Source: Eledone cirrhosa (taxonomy: Eukaryota). From it: a stretch of 64,000 bases of DNA. The notes below the pieces were generated by a model. It searched no databases and was not told the origin of the DNA. It saw nothing but the letters and a program-made list of their open reading frames with translations. This document shows, in pieces, positions 1-12,645 of this stretch. A program made the position numbers and the translations under genes. Position 1 is the stretch's first letter; every line of letters begins with the position of its first letter. Location of the stretch: NCBI GenBank assembly GCA_964016885.1, contig OZ024740.1, forward strand, positions 390,972,001-391,036,000, read 5' to 3'.

Positions 1-89
1 GTTGAAAACAGCTGTCTTTATCAATAATTCTCCATTCATATTGATGTTTACAGATCATGGTAGGTTTAACTATAAATAGAACTAGAAGC

Positions 90-295
90 ATGTATGTATT
101 CACATATATGCATATGCACAAATGGGTGTATGTGTATTCACATATCTGTATAAGCACACACAAGTATATGTTCATGCTTTTACATATGTATATGCACACA
201 AGTATATGTTTACGCTTTCACATATGTATATGCACACACAAGTATATGTTCACAGTTTCACATATGTCTATGAACATACTTGCATACACTCATGT
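90..295. repeat. Degenerate ~38-40 bp tandem minisatellite (tatgttca..ttcacatatgtatatgcacacacaagta)
   Basis: About 5 imperfect copies are visible; explains the spurious ORFs 57..377 and 122..313. Confidence 0.7.
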
Positions 296-549
296 AAAAG
301 TCAAATGTTATAGATTATATTCTGGGGTTAAATTTATGGGATTGATTATTACATGGCTACTACTTTGGAGAAGTTGAATTTCTCACTAAATTCCCAATCC
401 AAAATACCATATCAATAAGCAGAAGTCTAAACAGACTGAATGAATAAAAAAAACTAAAAAAATAAAAAAAAAAACTATGAATGACAGTAATAATCATATG
501 TAACATAGGAACAGGGATAGGGAAAGTCGAGTTCCTTGATTCCATGACA

Positions 550-705
550 TGACTGCTACTTTATTTTATCGACCTCGGAAGGATGTGAAAGGCAAAGTTA
601 ACTTTGGCAGGATTTGAGTTCAGAAAATCAGAACACAGAAGACCATAACTAAATACTACAAAGAATTTTGTCTGATGCTCTACTGATTCTGCCAATCCAC
701 ACTAC
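550..705 (-). mobile_element. tRNA-derived SINE fragment, family A (GAGTTCAAATCC B-box ... gactttgcctttcatcc ... gtcgataaaataaagtacc)
   Basis: Same motif recurs at ~13100-13230(-), 51640-51810(+), 52110-52260(+), 55940-56140(-) and 56170-56360(-). Confidence 0.7.
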
Positions 706-977
706 TCTATAATTGACTAATGGAGCCCAAGTTGTCGACCTTTTCATGATAGGCCCTGGAAACTAATCACTGATCTCAATCAAGTGAACAACAAACTGAG
801 ACATTAACAGTTTCATATGCAAGAAGTGACTAATAATAATAATGTTTCAACACATCAAAACATATTTCCTGCTAGTAAAATACACAAACAAGGCTGTGCA
901 GCTCTAATAGATTTTTCCATGACTACATACATCAATACTAAATACAATTGAAAAATTTATTTCCTCATCGTAACATT

Positions 978-1786
978 TACGAGCAGTGGTCAGAAAAGGA
1001 CTGGGATCGCAAAAAAAAATATTTCAAATCCAAACTATAAATTTTCCCCTACAAAATAATCTCCCTCAAGTCTAATGCACATTCCCATCCTTCTCTGCCA
1101 TGCCTCCATACACTCCTGGAAGGATTATCTGCATGTCCATCATCACAGCCCTCTTGATGGTTTCCACATTTGGAAAATGGGTCATACTCGAAGATCCCTG
1201 ACTTAACACCTGTAATGACTCTCCCCAGCAAGTCTAGTTTGGTTTCAAGATGGTTGAGGATGTCCTGACACACTTGCATGCGCCACTTATTCTAGCCATT
1301 GTTCAGCAGCAAATCTTTGATGATTATCTTCCAAATATTGTCATAGTTCATGTTCAGCTCAATTGTGATCAGTTGAACAGTCAGCTGATGATTGCCATAC
1401 ACCACCTGCTTCATGTGCTCAATGTTGGCCTCAGTCCTGCTCATTGAAGGCCTTCCATCTTTTATGCCACTTGAAAACCTGTGAGCGCGATATTGTCTCA
1501 TCTCCAAACACTTGCTGCAGTATTCCAAGTGCTTCTGACAGAGTTTTCCTAGTTGGTCGAGAAACTTCAGGTTGGTTCGTTGTTCTGTGCCCATCACTCA
1601 ACAGCCTAAAATTGAGGAGCTGTTAACAAAAGCACGTGAAAAAACATTGAATGGCTGCAGAAAACTGAGATCGCAGTTATATACTCCCCAGATATTTTGT
1701 CACATACTGACGCAACTTGCTAATCCCTTCCCCACTCATAGCAGACACAACACACCAAATCCTGTTACTTTCTGACACACCTCGTA
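978..1786 (-). mobile_element. Decayed, internally deleted mariner (Tc1/mariner) transposon
   Basis: Minus-strand MGTEQRTNLKFL..LGK N-terminal HTH-like start; TA-bounded ends tacgag..cagaaaag (978) and ctttctgacacacctcgta (to 1786); frameshifts. Confidence 0.75.
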
Positions 1787-1923
1787 TGTTCAGAATGATA
1801 TCTTGATCCATGACTGTTCAACTGTTTTCCATGAAGAACGAGGATTGACTTGTACATAAGATACATAGCAAAACCCAAATTTATTGAGCAAAAATAGGGA
1901 GGAGGGGATTGACTTTTACACAA

Positions 1924-1924
<1 letters not shown>

Positions 1925-1967
<43 letters not shown>
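1925..1967. repeat. (TA)n microsatellite
   Basis: Direct reading. Confidence 0.95.
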
Positions 1968-1969
<2 letters not shown>

Positions 1970-1996
1970 ATCTAACAATATCACAGAAATCTTTCG

Positions 1997-3867
1997 ATAA
2001 TAGATGAAATCGATCTAGATGAAATGCAGTTCAGGTTTGTGTCGGGCAAAAGTACCACAGACGCTCTTTTCATTGTACAACAACTACAGGAGAAGTACCT
2101 AGCTAAAAGTAAACCCCTATACTTAGCCTTCGTCGACTTGGAGAAAGCCTTCGACAGAGTCCCCCGTTCCATTATCTGGTGGGCTCTTAGAAAACTAGGT
2201 GTTGACGAATGGCTTGTGAGAGCTATACAAGCCATGTATAGAGAAACAGTGAGCAAGGTTAGAATTAACAACGAATATAGTGAAGAGTTTAGCGTAAAAG
2301 TTGGTGTCCATCAGGGCTCTGTTCTTAGCCCCCTACTATTCATTATTGCTCTTCAGGCTATAACAGAGGAGTTCAAGACCGGCTGCCCATGGGAACTCCT
2401 ATACGCAGATGATCTAACGCTCATAGCTGAATCAATGGCCGAGCTAGAGAAGAAATTCCAAACATGGAAGCACGGCCTAGAATCAAAAGGCCTTAAAATT
2501 AACATGGCTAAGACTAAAGTTCTAGTTTGTAGGAAAGAAAATAAGGCGCCGGTCCCTTCCGGGAAATGGCCATGCTCAGTGTGTAGGAAAGGCGTAGGTA
2601 GAAACTCCATTTTATGTCCCAAATGCAAAGTATGGGTGCATAAAAGATGTAGTGGGATCACAGGTAAGCTAACTAAGAACACAGATTTTACATGTGGCCG
2701 GTGCTCTGGTGCAATAAGTAGCAGCAAGTGCCCACAAAATACTAGCTCTTTCAACTGCGCAGAGGGTTCTATAGAAATAGTGGACAGCTTCCGTTACCTG
2801 GGTGACAAAATCAGCAGTGGGGGAGGGTGCTCCGAAAGTACAGTAGCTAGAGTCAGAACTGGATGGAAAAAGTTCAGAGAGCTTATACCACTATTAGCGC
2901 TAAAGGGTTCTCCCTAAAAGTGAAAGGCAGGTTGTATGATGCCTGCATACGAACAGCAATGTTGCATGGCAGTGAGACCTGGGCATTGTGTGCAGAGGAT
3001 ATACGCAGACTAGAGAGGAACGAAGCTTGCATGCTCCGCTGGATGTGTAATAGTAATATACGCGAACGGCAAAGCATAAACGAACTAAGGAAAAAATTAG
3101 AAATAAGAGGGATCAGATGTTGTTTACTCGAGAGAAGGCTACGTTGGTATGGTCACGTGATGCGCATGAAAGACAACAGCTGTATAACAAAGTGCAGGGC
3201 AATAAAGATAGATGGTAGCCACGGAGTAGGCAGACCCAGAAAAACCTGGGACGAGCTGATAAATTCCGACCTCACACACTTACACCTCTCCAAGACAATG
3301 TCACTGGACCGAGACCTTTGGCGGTACTCAGTAACAGAGAAGACCCGCGTTACCTAAATACAAAGTAAAACCTACTACAGTCAGTAGGCATCTCTAACAA
3401 AATACACCCCGTCCCACCACCCCCACCCCATCCACACCGCCCCTTTCAATGTAAAGTTATGTTGGTGCCACAACATCCAGGCCGAAACAAATGAGATCGT
3501 GTAGGTGTCACGAAAAAGAAAAACACACAGTCCACGCTGTAAATGTGACCGTGTAGGCAACACGGTAAAAACGTCCCAGTCCCACACTGTAAATGTGGTT
3601 GGTGTTAGGAAGAGCATCCAGCTGTAGAAAACCTGCCAGACAGTCCACGCTGTAATGTGGCCGTGTAGGCAACACGGTAAAAACCTCCCAGCCCCACACT
3701 GTAAATGTGGTTGGTGTTAGGAAGGGCATCCAACTGTAGAAAACCCGCCAGACAGTCCTATGCGAGCAAGACAACCACTCTTGCCTCAAGTGGGAAAACT
3801 CCCGTCCAAACCCATGCAAGCATGGAACACGGACGTTAAACGACGATGATGATGATGATGATGATGA
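1997..3867 (+). mobile_element. 5'-truncated RTE-clade LINE: RT with internal PHD-like finger, C-terminus, 3' UTR, (GAT)n tail
   Basis: ORFs 2024..2917 and 2863..3357 (one frameshift near 2900) with FVDLEKAFD, GVHQGSVLSP, LYADD, RLRWYGHV, GRPRKTW; ends ccatgcaagcatgg...gacgttaaacgac(gat)n. Confidence 0.95.
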
Positions 3868-4087
3868 ATAGGAAATCTTTCTTACTGAATAAAGCCAGTT
3901 GCTTGTAAATGCCAGCTGCATTCACATTAACCTTCACTAAATTTTCTCAAATGCTATCAAGTATATTAAATTAACTAGGTAGATATTTTATTTTATTTTA
4001 GCCCAATGTTAATTTAGTGTCAGGTATGTACATATGATTTTCATTTGACCTATTTCTTCTCTATTGCATTAAATTTATGTGCTTCCT

Positions 4088-4320
4088 TAAACCGCTTCAT
4101 ACCAAATTGCCTGAAACTGGCCCTGTTTATATGATATAAAACTGTTTATTTTAAAGTATATGTATTTATCTAAAAACTTTCATTCAGAATTTTATGTAAG
4201 AACATTTGTTAAGTTTGGCTCTCAACACTAGCTTGATAATATGTTATTTTCAAAATTACTAGAAAATCACAGCCAATGTCTTTCATTAGAAATATAGTAA
4301 TGAAAAAAAAAAAAGGCTAA
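4088..4320 (+). mobile_element. TTAA/CCC..GGG (piggyBac-like) MITE, ~230-250 bp; most abundant family in the window
   Basis: Shared motifs ataccaa..cctgaaac, aattttatgtaagaac, tctttcattagaaatat; related copies near 24850-25100, 36060-36315, 41130-41360, 43640-43855, 53820-54055, 58392-58560, 59030-59265, 59775-59960. Confidence 0.7.
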
Positions 4321-5769
4321 AATGAAAAACTGGATTTATCTTTTATACATTCAACATTTGGAAATATTTCTAACATTCTCCTTTTCAATAAATCTTTTAG
4401 AAACCATTAGAAAGCCATTTTCTTTGCCAATTTTTTCTTCTCCAATGAACCTGAATTTCTGCTGCACAAAAAAAAAGAAGAATAAACAAAATAAAATGAA
4501 AGAATTCCAGAGCCTACTCAATAGGAATCAATCTGGATTCTCTAGCAAAACCTAAATGATTTAGTTAATGGAATTTTAAAATAGAACTTCCATTATACTG
4601 GTTAAGACTGAAGTGGGATTTTAAAAATATAATACAGATTCAAAATTTGTTTATAAAATGAATTAATATATGGTTCTTGTTAAAATGGCGAAGAACCATG
4701 ACAAGTAGAGAGATGCTGTGCTGAATAGGACCCGTCCAACCCTTGCAAGCAGAGAAAAGCAAACATAAAATGATGATGATGTTCTTACAAATAGCTTTTC
4801 AATAAGCACTTACATCGTCTTAATAGTTTCTAGGAGCCCATTCCCACCACAATTCACCTGCTTTTTCACCACAAACCTAGTCAACAAGTTCATCTCCATC
4901 CCAGGTCACCAGCCCATTTATCCAATAATAATTGAGATAAAAGGATATATAGTTAACATAGTTTATGTGGCAGTTCTAATATAACCTCAGGTTGACCTCT
5001 GCTAGAGAGTGAAATTTGGTAGATGGAAACTGTGTAGAAGTCAGCCACATATATAAATATGTGTATAATAAACATATATAAGTCCCACTATGGGTGTTTA
5101 AGTTGTAATTGTGTCACAACTATCTCACTAGCTGTGTGAGAATACCAGTCACTAGAGTTACAGGGGATTTTATCATCAACAGTGATGTTTACTCACTCAG
5201 TACTTATATAAGCTATAGTTTATTCTTCTCAGTAGTGATGATGGATAAAAAATCCTGAAACATTGTCCAGCGTTCTCAACTGGCTACTGAAGTATCTGTG
5301 ATCACAACTTAGTGAAACTTATGTGTGTTTATTATCATTTAACATCATCGTTTAACGTCCATCTTCCACGCTAGCATGGGTTAGACGGTTTTGTTCCATT
5401 TGATGCAGGAATGGTCGGGAGACCGTGTCTCTGGCATAAACATATATATACCTTCATATTATAAATCATGTTGTTTGTACCAAGGCTAATGTGTGTGTAT
5501 GTATATATGCATGTGTCTACATTTACTGCTTATGTCCCATCACTTAACAGTTCAACAAAGAAAGATTAACAAAATAACTACTAGAGTCAATATGATCAGC
5601 TAAATCCCTTAAAAGTGGTGCCCCAGCATGGCCACAGTCTAAAGACTGACACCAGCAAAACAATAAATTAAATAACACATAACGATGCATGTGATAAAAA
5701 TTATTCAGTCAGCTGGAATGGACCTTTGTCGGCTTTGATGATGGGTGTTCCAGTTGTTTGATCAATGGT

Positions 5770-8210
5770 TATTGTACTTTCTGAACACCCACCTCCGCTG
5801 CTAATTCGGTCACCTAAGTAGCAGAAGCTGTCTACTGTTTCTACAGAGCCCTCCCAGAGTTTGGTGGTACTTGTTTCCTGTGGCTGTTTGCTATCCCAGC
5901 ACAGCTGCTACATGTGAAGCCTACATTTTTAATTAAGCTTCCTGAGATCCCGCTACATCTCTTGTGTACCCATTGTTTGCATTTGGGGCAGAGAGGGGAT
6001 CTGGGTTCTATTTTCTCATCTACTTACAAGGACCTTAGTCTTTGTCATGTTGACTTTGAGACCCTTTCTTTCTAGTCCCTTCTTCCAAGTTTGGAATTTC
6101 TTATCTAGTTCTACCATAGATTCAGCTATAAGTGCGAGGTCATCAGCATACAGGAGTTCCCATGGGCATCCGGTCTTAAACTCCTCCGTTATTGCCTGCA
6201 AGACTATGATGAACAGGAGAGGGCTAAGAACAGAGCCCTGGTGGACACCAACCTGTACGCTAAATTCCTCGCTATACTCATTGCTAATCCTAACTTTGCT
6301 GACTGCTCCCCTATACATGGGTTGTACAGCTTTCACAAGCCATTCATCTACTCCTAGTTTTCTAAGAGCCTACTAGATTACAGCACGTGGAACTCTGTCA
6401 AAGGCTTTCTCGAGATCGACGAATGCCAAGAAGAGTGGCTTACTTTTAGCTAGGTACTTTTCCTGTAACTGCCTCACAAGGAAGAGGGCATCAGTGGTAC
6501 CTCTTCCTGGTACAAACCCAAATTGTATCTCATCTAGTTTCACCCGGTCCCTAATCAACTGTGCTATAACTCTTTCTGTTACTTTCATGACCTGGTCCAT
6601 CAGCTTTATACCTCTATAGTTTCCTCTATCTAGTGCATCACCTTTACCTTTGTAGCAGTTGACAATGATGCTACTGCACCAATCTATTAGTATGACACCT
6701 AGTATTACCTGGTTAACAATACGTGTGGTTATAGTGTGACCTACAGACCCAGATGCCTTCAGCATCTCACCAGCTATACCCGATGGACCGGTTGCCTTCC
6801 CCATCTTCATATCTCTGATTGCCTTACTTACTACGCTGCTGCTGACTTGTACTGCTGGCCCCTCTATAGGGTCTACTTGGGGTAGGGTCTCTTCTTCCCA
6901 TGCATTCTCCTCATTTAGTAATCTATCATAATGGCTCTTCCATGCATCTTTCTTCTAAGCACTTGTGAGGGCAAGCTCCCCTTTATCATTCCGGATACAC
7001 TTCTCTCCAATGACATCACAATTCTCTCTGACACACTGCCTCGCAATCTTGAACACCTCCTGTTTCTGGTCCTCAAGTTGCAAAACATGCTTGAATTTTC
7101 TATCCTCTGCTTCCCTCCTAGCTAAGTATACTTGTCGCCTAGCTTCCCTCTTGGTCTCTATGTAATGTACCCTGCTCCCCCCGTTCTTCCATTCTTTCCA
7201 TGCCTGTCTCTTGGCCTTAACTGCCTCATCTACCTTATTGTTCCACCACCAAGTCACTCTCCTCCTGCTTGTGGTCTTACTCCAGCCACAGACCTCATCC
7301 GTCGCCTCTAGTAAGTTATTTTTTAGGAACTCCCAGTGCTCTTCTACATTGAATGTCTCTATCTGTTCTTCTTTACTGTCGTCGGCGTTGAGTAAAATAT
7401 CTTCAAATCTGTTACTGGCTGAGGGGTCTTTCAGCTTCCAGATCTTTCTTCTCCAGGTTGGCCTCTGTTTCCAGGTTCGTCTAGTTCTGACCGTGAGGTC
7501 GCTGACAACTAAGCTATGTTGGGAGGTACATTCCTCACTAGGGAAGGCTTTTGTATTTACGACTGTCCATCTGTCACGTCCTCTGATGAGGATAAAATCT
7601 ATCTGACTAGAATGTTCCCCTGATCTATAGGTGATCAGGTGGTTGTCGGGTTTTTTGAAGTTTGTGTTACATATCGACATGTCATTGGTGTCGCAGAATT
7701 CTAGAAGTCTGAATCCTTCTTCATTTCTTGTGCCAACCCCGTGGCCTCCATGGACTCTATTGAAGCCGTCACAGTGTTTACCTACGTGTCCGCTAAAATC
7801 TCCTGCGATGATTAGGAAGTCATTGTCATTTGTTAGAGCAGTAGTGTGCATTAGGGACTCGTAAAATCTATCCTTAAATTCGTCTGGCAACCTCGATTGG
7901 GGTGCGTAAGCTGATATTATTGTGGTAATTGGTTTATTCAGGACTAGTCTGAGTTTAATGATTCTTGCATTTACCCTGTACACTGAGATTACTTTATCTA
8001 CCCACTTGTCAGCTAGTAGTATACCTACACCACCCATCCCATCGTCATTTCCCACCCAGAAAAATTTGTAGCACTGACTTCTTCCTACAAGGACTCTAGC
8101 AGACTCTCCTCTCCATCTAGTCTCTTGCACACAGCATACATCAATTTCCTTTCGCTCTAGCATTTCTACGATTTCTCCTGCTCTTCCTTTCATTGTGCTT
8201 ACATTGATGG
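5770..8210 (-). mobile_element. RTE-clade LINE fragment: AP endonuclease + RT + PHD-like finger, frameshifted, truncated at both ends
   Basis: ORFs 6955..8193 (VCCVQETRW, SAYAPQ, IAGDF, QIDFIL, SQHSLV), 6373..6810 (KATGPSGI, NYRGIKL, DLEKAFD) and 6016..6336 (QGSVLSP, YADD). Confidence 0.95.
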
Positions 8211-9289
8211 TTTCTTCTCATATACTTTTGATCAAAATCTGACACTTACATATCATACCTGATCCCCTCAAACACTCTCATATTTCCACCCATTTACAAC
8301 TTTTGTCCCATTTTCGTTTTTGACAGCTGAAAGGTTGCTAGTTCTAGTTCAATGCACTGGAGCACTATTAATTGATTTATGTTGAAAATGATACAGTCAT
8401 GAAGAAACTTGTTTTGCTTTGTTTTCATATAAAAATAGATGGGGTAGGTTGGATAATCGTTATGAAATATAAAAGTGAAAATTTTATCATTAATTTTCTC
8501 TTAGAAAAGAACATTTTCAAGATATTTAGACCATAAAAAAGAAAATGTTCTTGCTAATTCAATACAGCCACTGCAAATTCTAGCCATGAGATAGCACAAA
8601 AGCGCTAAGTCAATAAAAAGGAGAATACCATGGACGTTTGTAACGCATATTAATGCTATTTGTTGAAATGGCGTATTCCTGGGAGGCTAAAGCTGAAAAC
8701 AGATCATGAATCCAAGGCTTAAATATTGAGTTTAAGCCAGAATTTTAAGGAATGGACAAATTGATTGATAAATAAATATACATATCTACATAAAAAATGC
8801 ACTAAATTGAGTTACATAAGTCTTCTAGAGCCCCAAATTAGCATGGACTAATCATATTGAGAATGTTGTTTATTCCCTCTTTGTTAACAACATATGAAGA
8901 GCTGATGAGATGGGGGGGGGGGGGGGGGGTCATTGGTCAAATTTCACCAATAAAAAATATATTGTGCAATAAAATTATTAAAGTATTAAAGTCCGATAAT
9001 TTGTGGTAGTGTTTTGATTTTCACAAGTAGAGCTGATTCTCTCTCTCTCTCTCTCTCCTACTAATGAGTTTGCTTACAGAAATTAATTTTCACATTTTTT
9101 TTTTTTTTTATCTAGGTCTGTCTACACACAATTCTGAGAATGTTTCGTTAATATTAAATAAAATTGAATAATTTGATATCATTAACACCTTGTAACAGGA
9201 CTGTTAGTAACACTTTGGTTAACTTTTAAGCCTCGGCAATGCGACTTGGCACATGTGTCGAATTTTGATCAAAAGTATATGCGAAGAAA
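8211..9289. repeat. ~1.08 kb segment bounded by a 35-bp inverted repeat, probably DNA-transposon derived
   Basis: tttcttctcatatacttttgatcaaaatctgacac (8211-8245) vs gtgtcgaattttgatcaaaagtatatgcgaagaaa (9255-9289). Confidence 0.55.
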
Positions 9290-11420
9290 TTTCACACCCA
9301 GAACTTTCAAATGACCACATAAAAAATCTAGACATGAAAATGATCAAACAACTATGTGTGTGTCACCCCTTCCACAGAGCTCGACAAGGAAACCTATTAA
9401 ATGTATTGTAAAGCTTTATCATATCCCAAAATCTCACATTTTATTTGGTTCTATACCTACTACAAATATGTCAAAACACAAGTCCCTGTGGCTGGTACTT
9501 TTGAAAACGCATGAAAAGTTTACGCTTGCGTCATGAAATTGACTGTTTGTTGCATGCAACAAAATGGGCTTTGCATAAATATTTTTAAAATTGCCAAAAA
9601 AAGCTTCATTTTCAAGAACCTGAAAAAAAAAAAAATAGGTAGCTGCTATCCCATGGACACTATAAATTTGTGTAATTTGAAGATGATTATCACCTCAGTT
9701 TCAAAGATATGACATCACAAATATGGGTAATAATTCATTGACCATTCAAATTGTCATATCTCCTAAACTATTCATCCAAATTTCACAAACTAGGTATCAA
9801 AATGGGGGGGGGGGGGGGGGGCACTCCAAGAAAATGTACAATAGAAGATTTAAATATTTTCAGATATTCATAGTGATACCTCCTAAAAGCAAATTACAAG
9901 TATTTTAAGGCCATTTTCACTGCCATAGCAAGGGTTAAGCTTGCAGGCCCCATGATAGGTCCCATACTTAATGGTCAGATACCCTTCATGGAGCCAACTC
10001 TTTTAGTTACCTCTTATGGCATGCACAGATACTATGTAGTTCTTCTCTACAAAATATACCCATTTAGCTAAAAACATGATATACTCAGTAATTATAGGAG
10101 ACAACCTACCAACTTTATTGGCACACTACCACACTACATGTATGTACTCAAAATTAGTGCCATGGCAGCCAACACATAGGTGGGTTAACTATAGGAGACA
10201 ACCCATCATCTTCAAATGCCATGGTGGCCAACACAAGGGTGGGTTAACTGTAGGAGACAACCCACCAACTCTACCAACACTGGATTGAAGACTGTATTAG
10301 AAATACAGACAGTGATGGTACATTGAGATGGTTCAAATATCTTCCCTTGATTCAATAGTTACCTCTTGTAGAATTAATTGATAGTTTTCTATCTAGTATA
10401 CAAGATTCTGAAATGTGTTGATGGCATTAAGAAAGATGTTAGCTTTATAAAAGCCTGTACTTAGGGAAAATATAAATATATCTTTAGTTGATAGTCTTGA
10501 AAGAAGATGATTATTAATGGTATAATGACCAGCTGTTAAATAATTATTTCTTCCCTTGCAGAAAGACCAAGTATTTTGTAATGTATTCAGTTACCTGAAA
10601 CAGTTCCTGCTTCTACAATACAGAACTGTTTATTTTGAAGTGTTATATTTATGTAAAACCCTTCCACTGGCTTCATAATAACAAAGTTAGTTATATTTCT
10701 AAATCCCTCAAAATCCTTGCTTATTTTCAAACCATGGACCGTGTTTTTCATAAGAAATATATTAAGCAAAGAGTCGACCAATAAAAAATATTTAAAGGTT
10801 TTTTTTTTCATCTGTCTTTTTTTTTTATTGAACCAATATTATATCAAACCTTCTGTTGACTCTCTTAACTTTTAACATATTCAAAAAGAAAAAAAAAAAA
10901 ATCAGTAATAATGAATTCAAAATAATTAAAATTGACACTGGTTTACAAATTTGCTTCAGTCTAACTGCATTGAATAATCCTTGTATTTCACATCTTGACA
11001 TATATGTCAACATATGTCAAAGGTAATTTTGATTAACAAAATATGCTGCAGTGGTGGAGATGACAGAGAGGCAAAGTGTGCTAAGTAATCTACTCTAGTA
11101 AGTAGCTAATTACTAAATATCTTAATTATAAATGCTGATAGTAATATAATTCATGTCAGTTTGTTCATTATGTGATCAAACACTGACCTCCTCTATGCCA
11201 TTAGTGTTATGTGCTATGTGTGGAGGTGGCAGCCAATAAGGGAATATAATCTAATAGATTAATACATATTGACATGCACATTTAAATGTAGTTAAGAGTA
11301 AAATAATCACTTGTATTTACTACATCATCGCTTCACTAAACAACCTTACAGCCAACCTTCAAATAACATTTATCTATGTTCTCCAAGTGAGTGTTATAAC
11401 AATGTAGTGTATTGACTGTA

Positions 11421-11970
11421 CTTTACAGCATGTACTGGGTGCATTTTACCATTGCCACTAGCACTATCACTTTATAGAGTGTACTGAGTATATTTTGTGG
11501 CACCAGCACTATCACTTTACAGCATAAACAGGGTGCATTCTATCATGCAACTAACACTAACACTTTACAGAGTACTGCAAATATTTTATTGTGGTACCAG
11601 CACTACCATTTTACTGAGTGTACTGTATGCATTTTATCATATTATCAGCAGTATCCCTTTACAGTGTTTGAGTATGAATCAAGATGTCACTGGATATATG
11701 TATATTTAATATGATACTTGGTACACTTGCTCTCAGTGGTAGTGAAAATAAAGCTTCTTTATTCTGGTTATTAACAGACATATGAAATACACTGTAAAGT
11801 GGTGCTACAGTACAATGTAGCCTGTATACTTTGTAAAGAGTAGTACTGGTGTCACAATAAAACGTACCCAGTACACTCAGCAAAGTTGTAGTGCTTGTGC
11901 CATGATAAAGAGCACACAGTACACTCTAAAGTGATAGTGCTACTGCCACAATAAAATACTCCATGTACAC
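11421..11970. repeat. Two arrays of a ~46-49 bp SINE/RTE-tail-like unit in inverted orientation
   Basis: About 5 units ctttacagagtgtactgggtgcattttattgtggcaccagcact at 11421-11665 and about 4 reverse-complement units at 11788-11970. Confidence 0.7.
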
Positions 11971-12369
11971 ACAGCTCAGCACAACTTCGTAAATCACACA
12001 ACTTTGTGGTTAAGTTGTTTACTTCACATCATATCATATCAATTTATTTACAAATTGTGTGACACAGACATGTCTGTATGGTTAAGATCTTTACATACAT
12101 CCATTATTTACAAAGTTGTGACACAGACATGGCTGTGTGGTTAAGATGATCACTTTACATCCATTATTTACAAAGTTGTCCTTTCAACTGTTTATGAAAA
12201 ATATTTTTATGAAAAATATTTTTTTCAACTAACAATTGAAAATAGAAAATACTTCTTTCATTTCAATTGAACTCTGTACAATTTTAGTTTTATAAACATC
12301 AAATGTGTCAGAAAAAGACATGTTTTATCTATATATACATATATATATAACGGAAACAAGCCTATATAG

Positions 12370-12645
12370 ACAATCCCATCCCACTGCAAAGTGGTCGTGG
12401 AGGTGTCATGACAAAAAAGCACCCAGACCACACTGTAAAGTGGACGTGTAGGCACCATGGAAAAAAAGCCCCCAGCACTCACTGTAAATGAGGTTGGTGT
12501 TAGGAAGGGCATCCAGCTGTAGAGATCAAGCCAAAATCAGTTCCTGTATGAGCAAGACAAGGTCAGCCGACATAACATTGCCCACAACAGGACAATCCAT
12601 CTAACCCATGTTAGCGTGGAAGAATCGATGTAAAATGGTGATGAT
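12370..12645 (+). mobile_element. Diverged RTE 3'-UTR/tail-related short element
   Basis: ctgtaaatgaggttggtgttaggaagggcatccagctgtaga ... cccatgttagcgtgg ... gatgat, as in 3358-3867. Confidence 0.65.

Noticed and set aside
3478-3490. ggccGAAAC in the RTE 3' UTR as a hammerhead half
   Set aside because: No CUGANGA core and no closing stems nearby.
5068-5332. Weak inverted symmetry suggesting an old MITE
   Set aside because: Arms are too degenerate to define by eye and no TSD is clear.
1981-7864. Antisense ORFs over the RTE copies (e.g. 2353..2754, 6047..6376, 7211..7606)
   Set aside because: Shadow frames of LINE coding sequence with no independent protein motifs.
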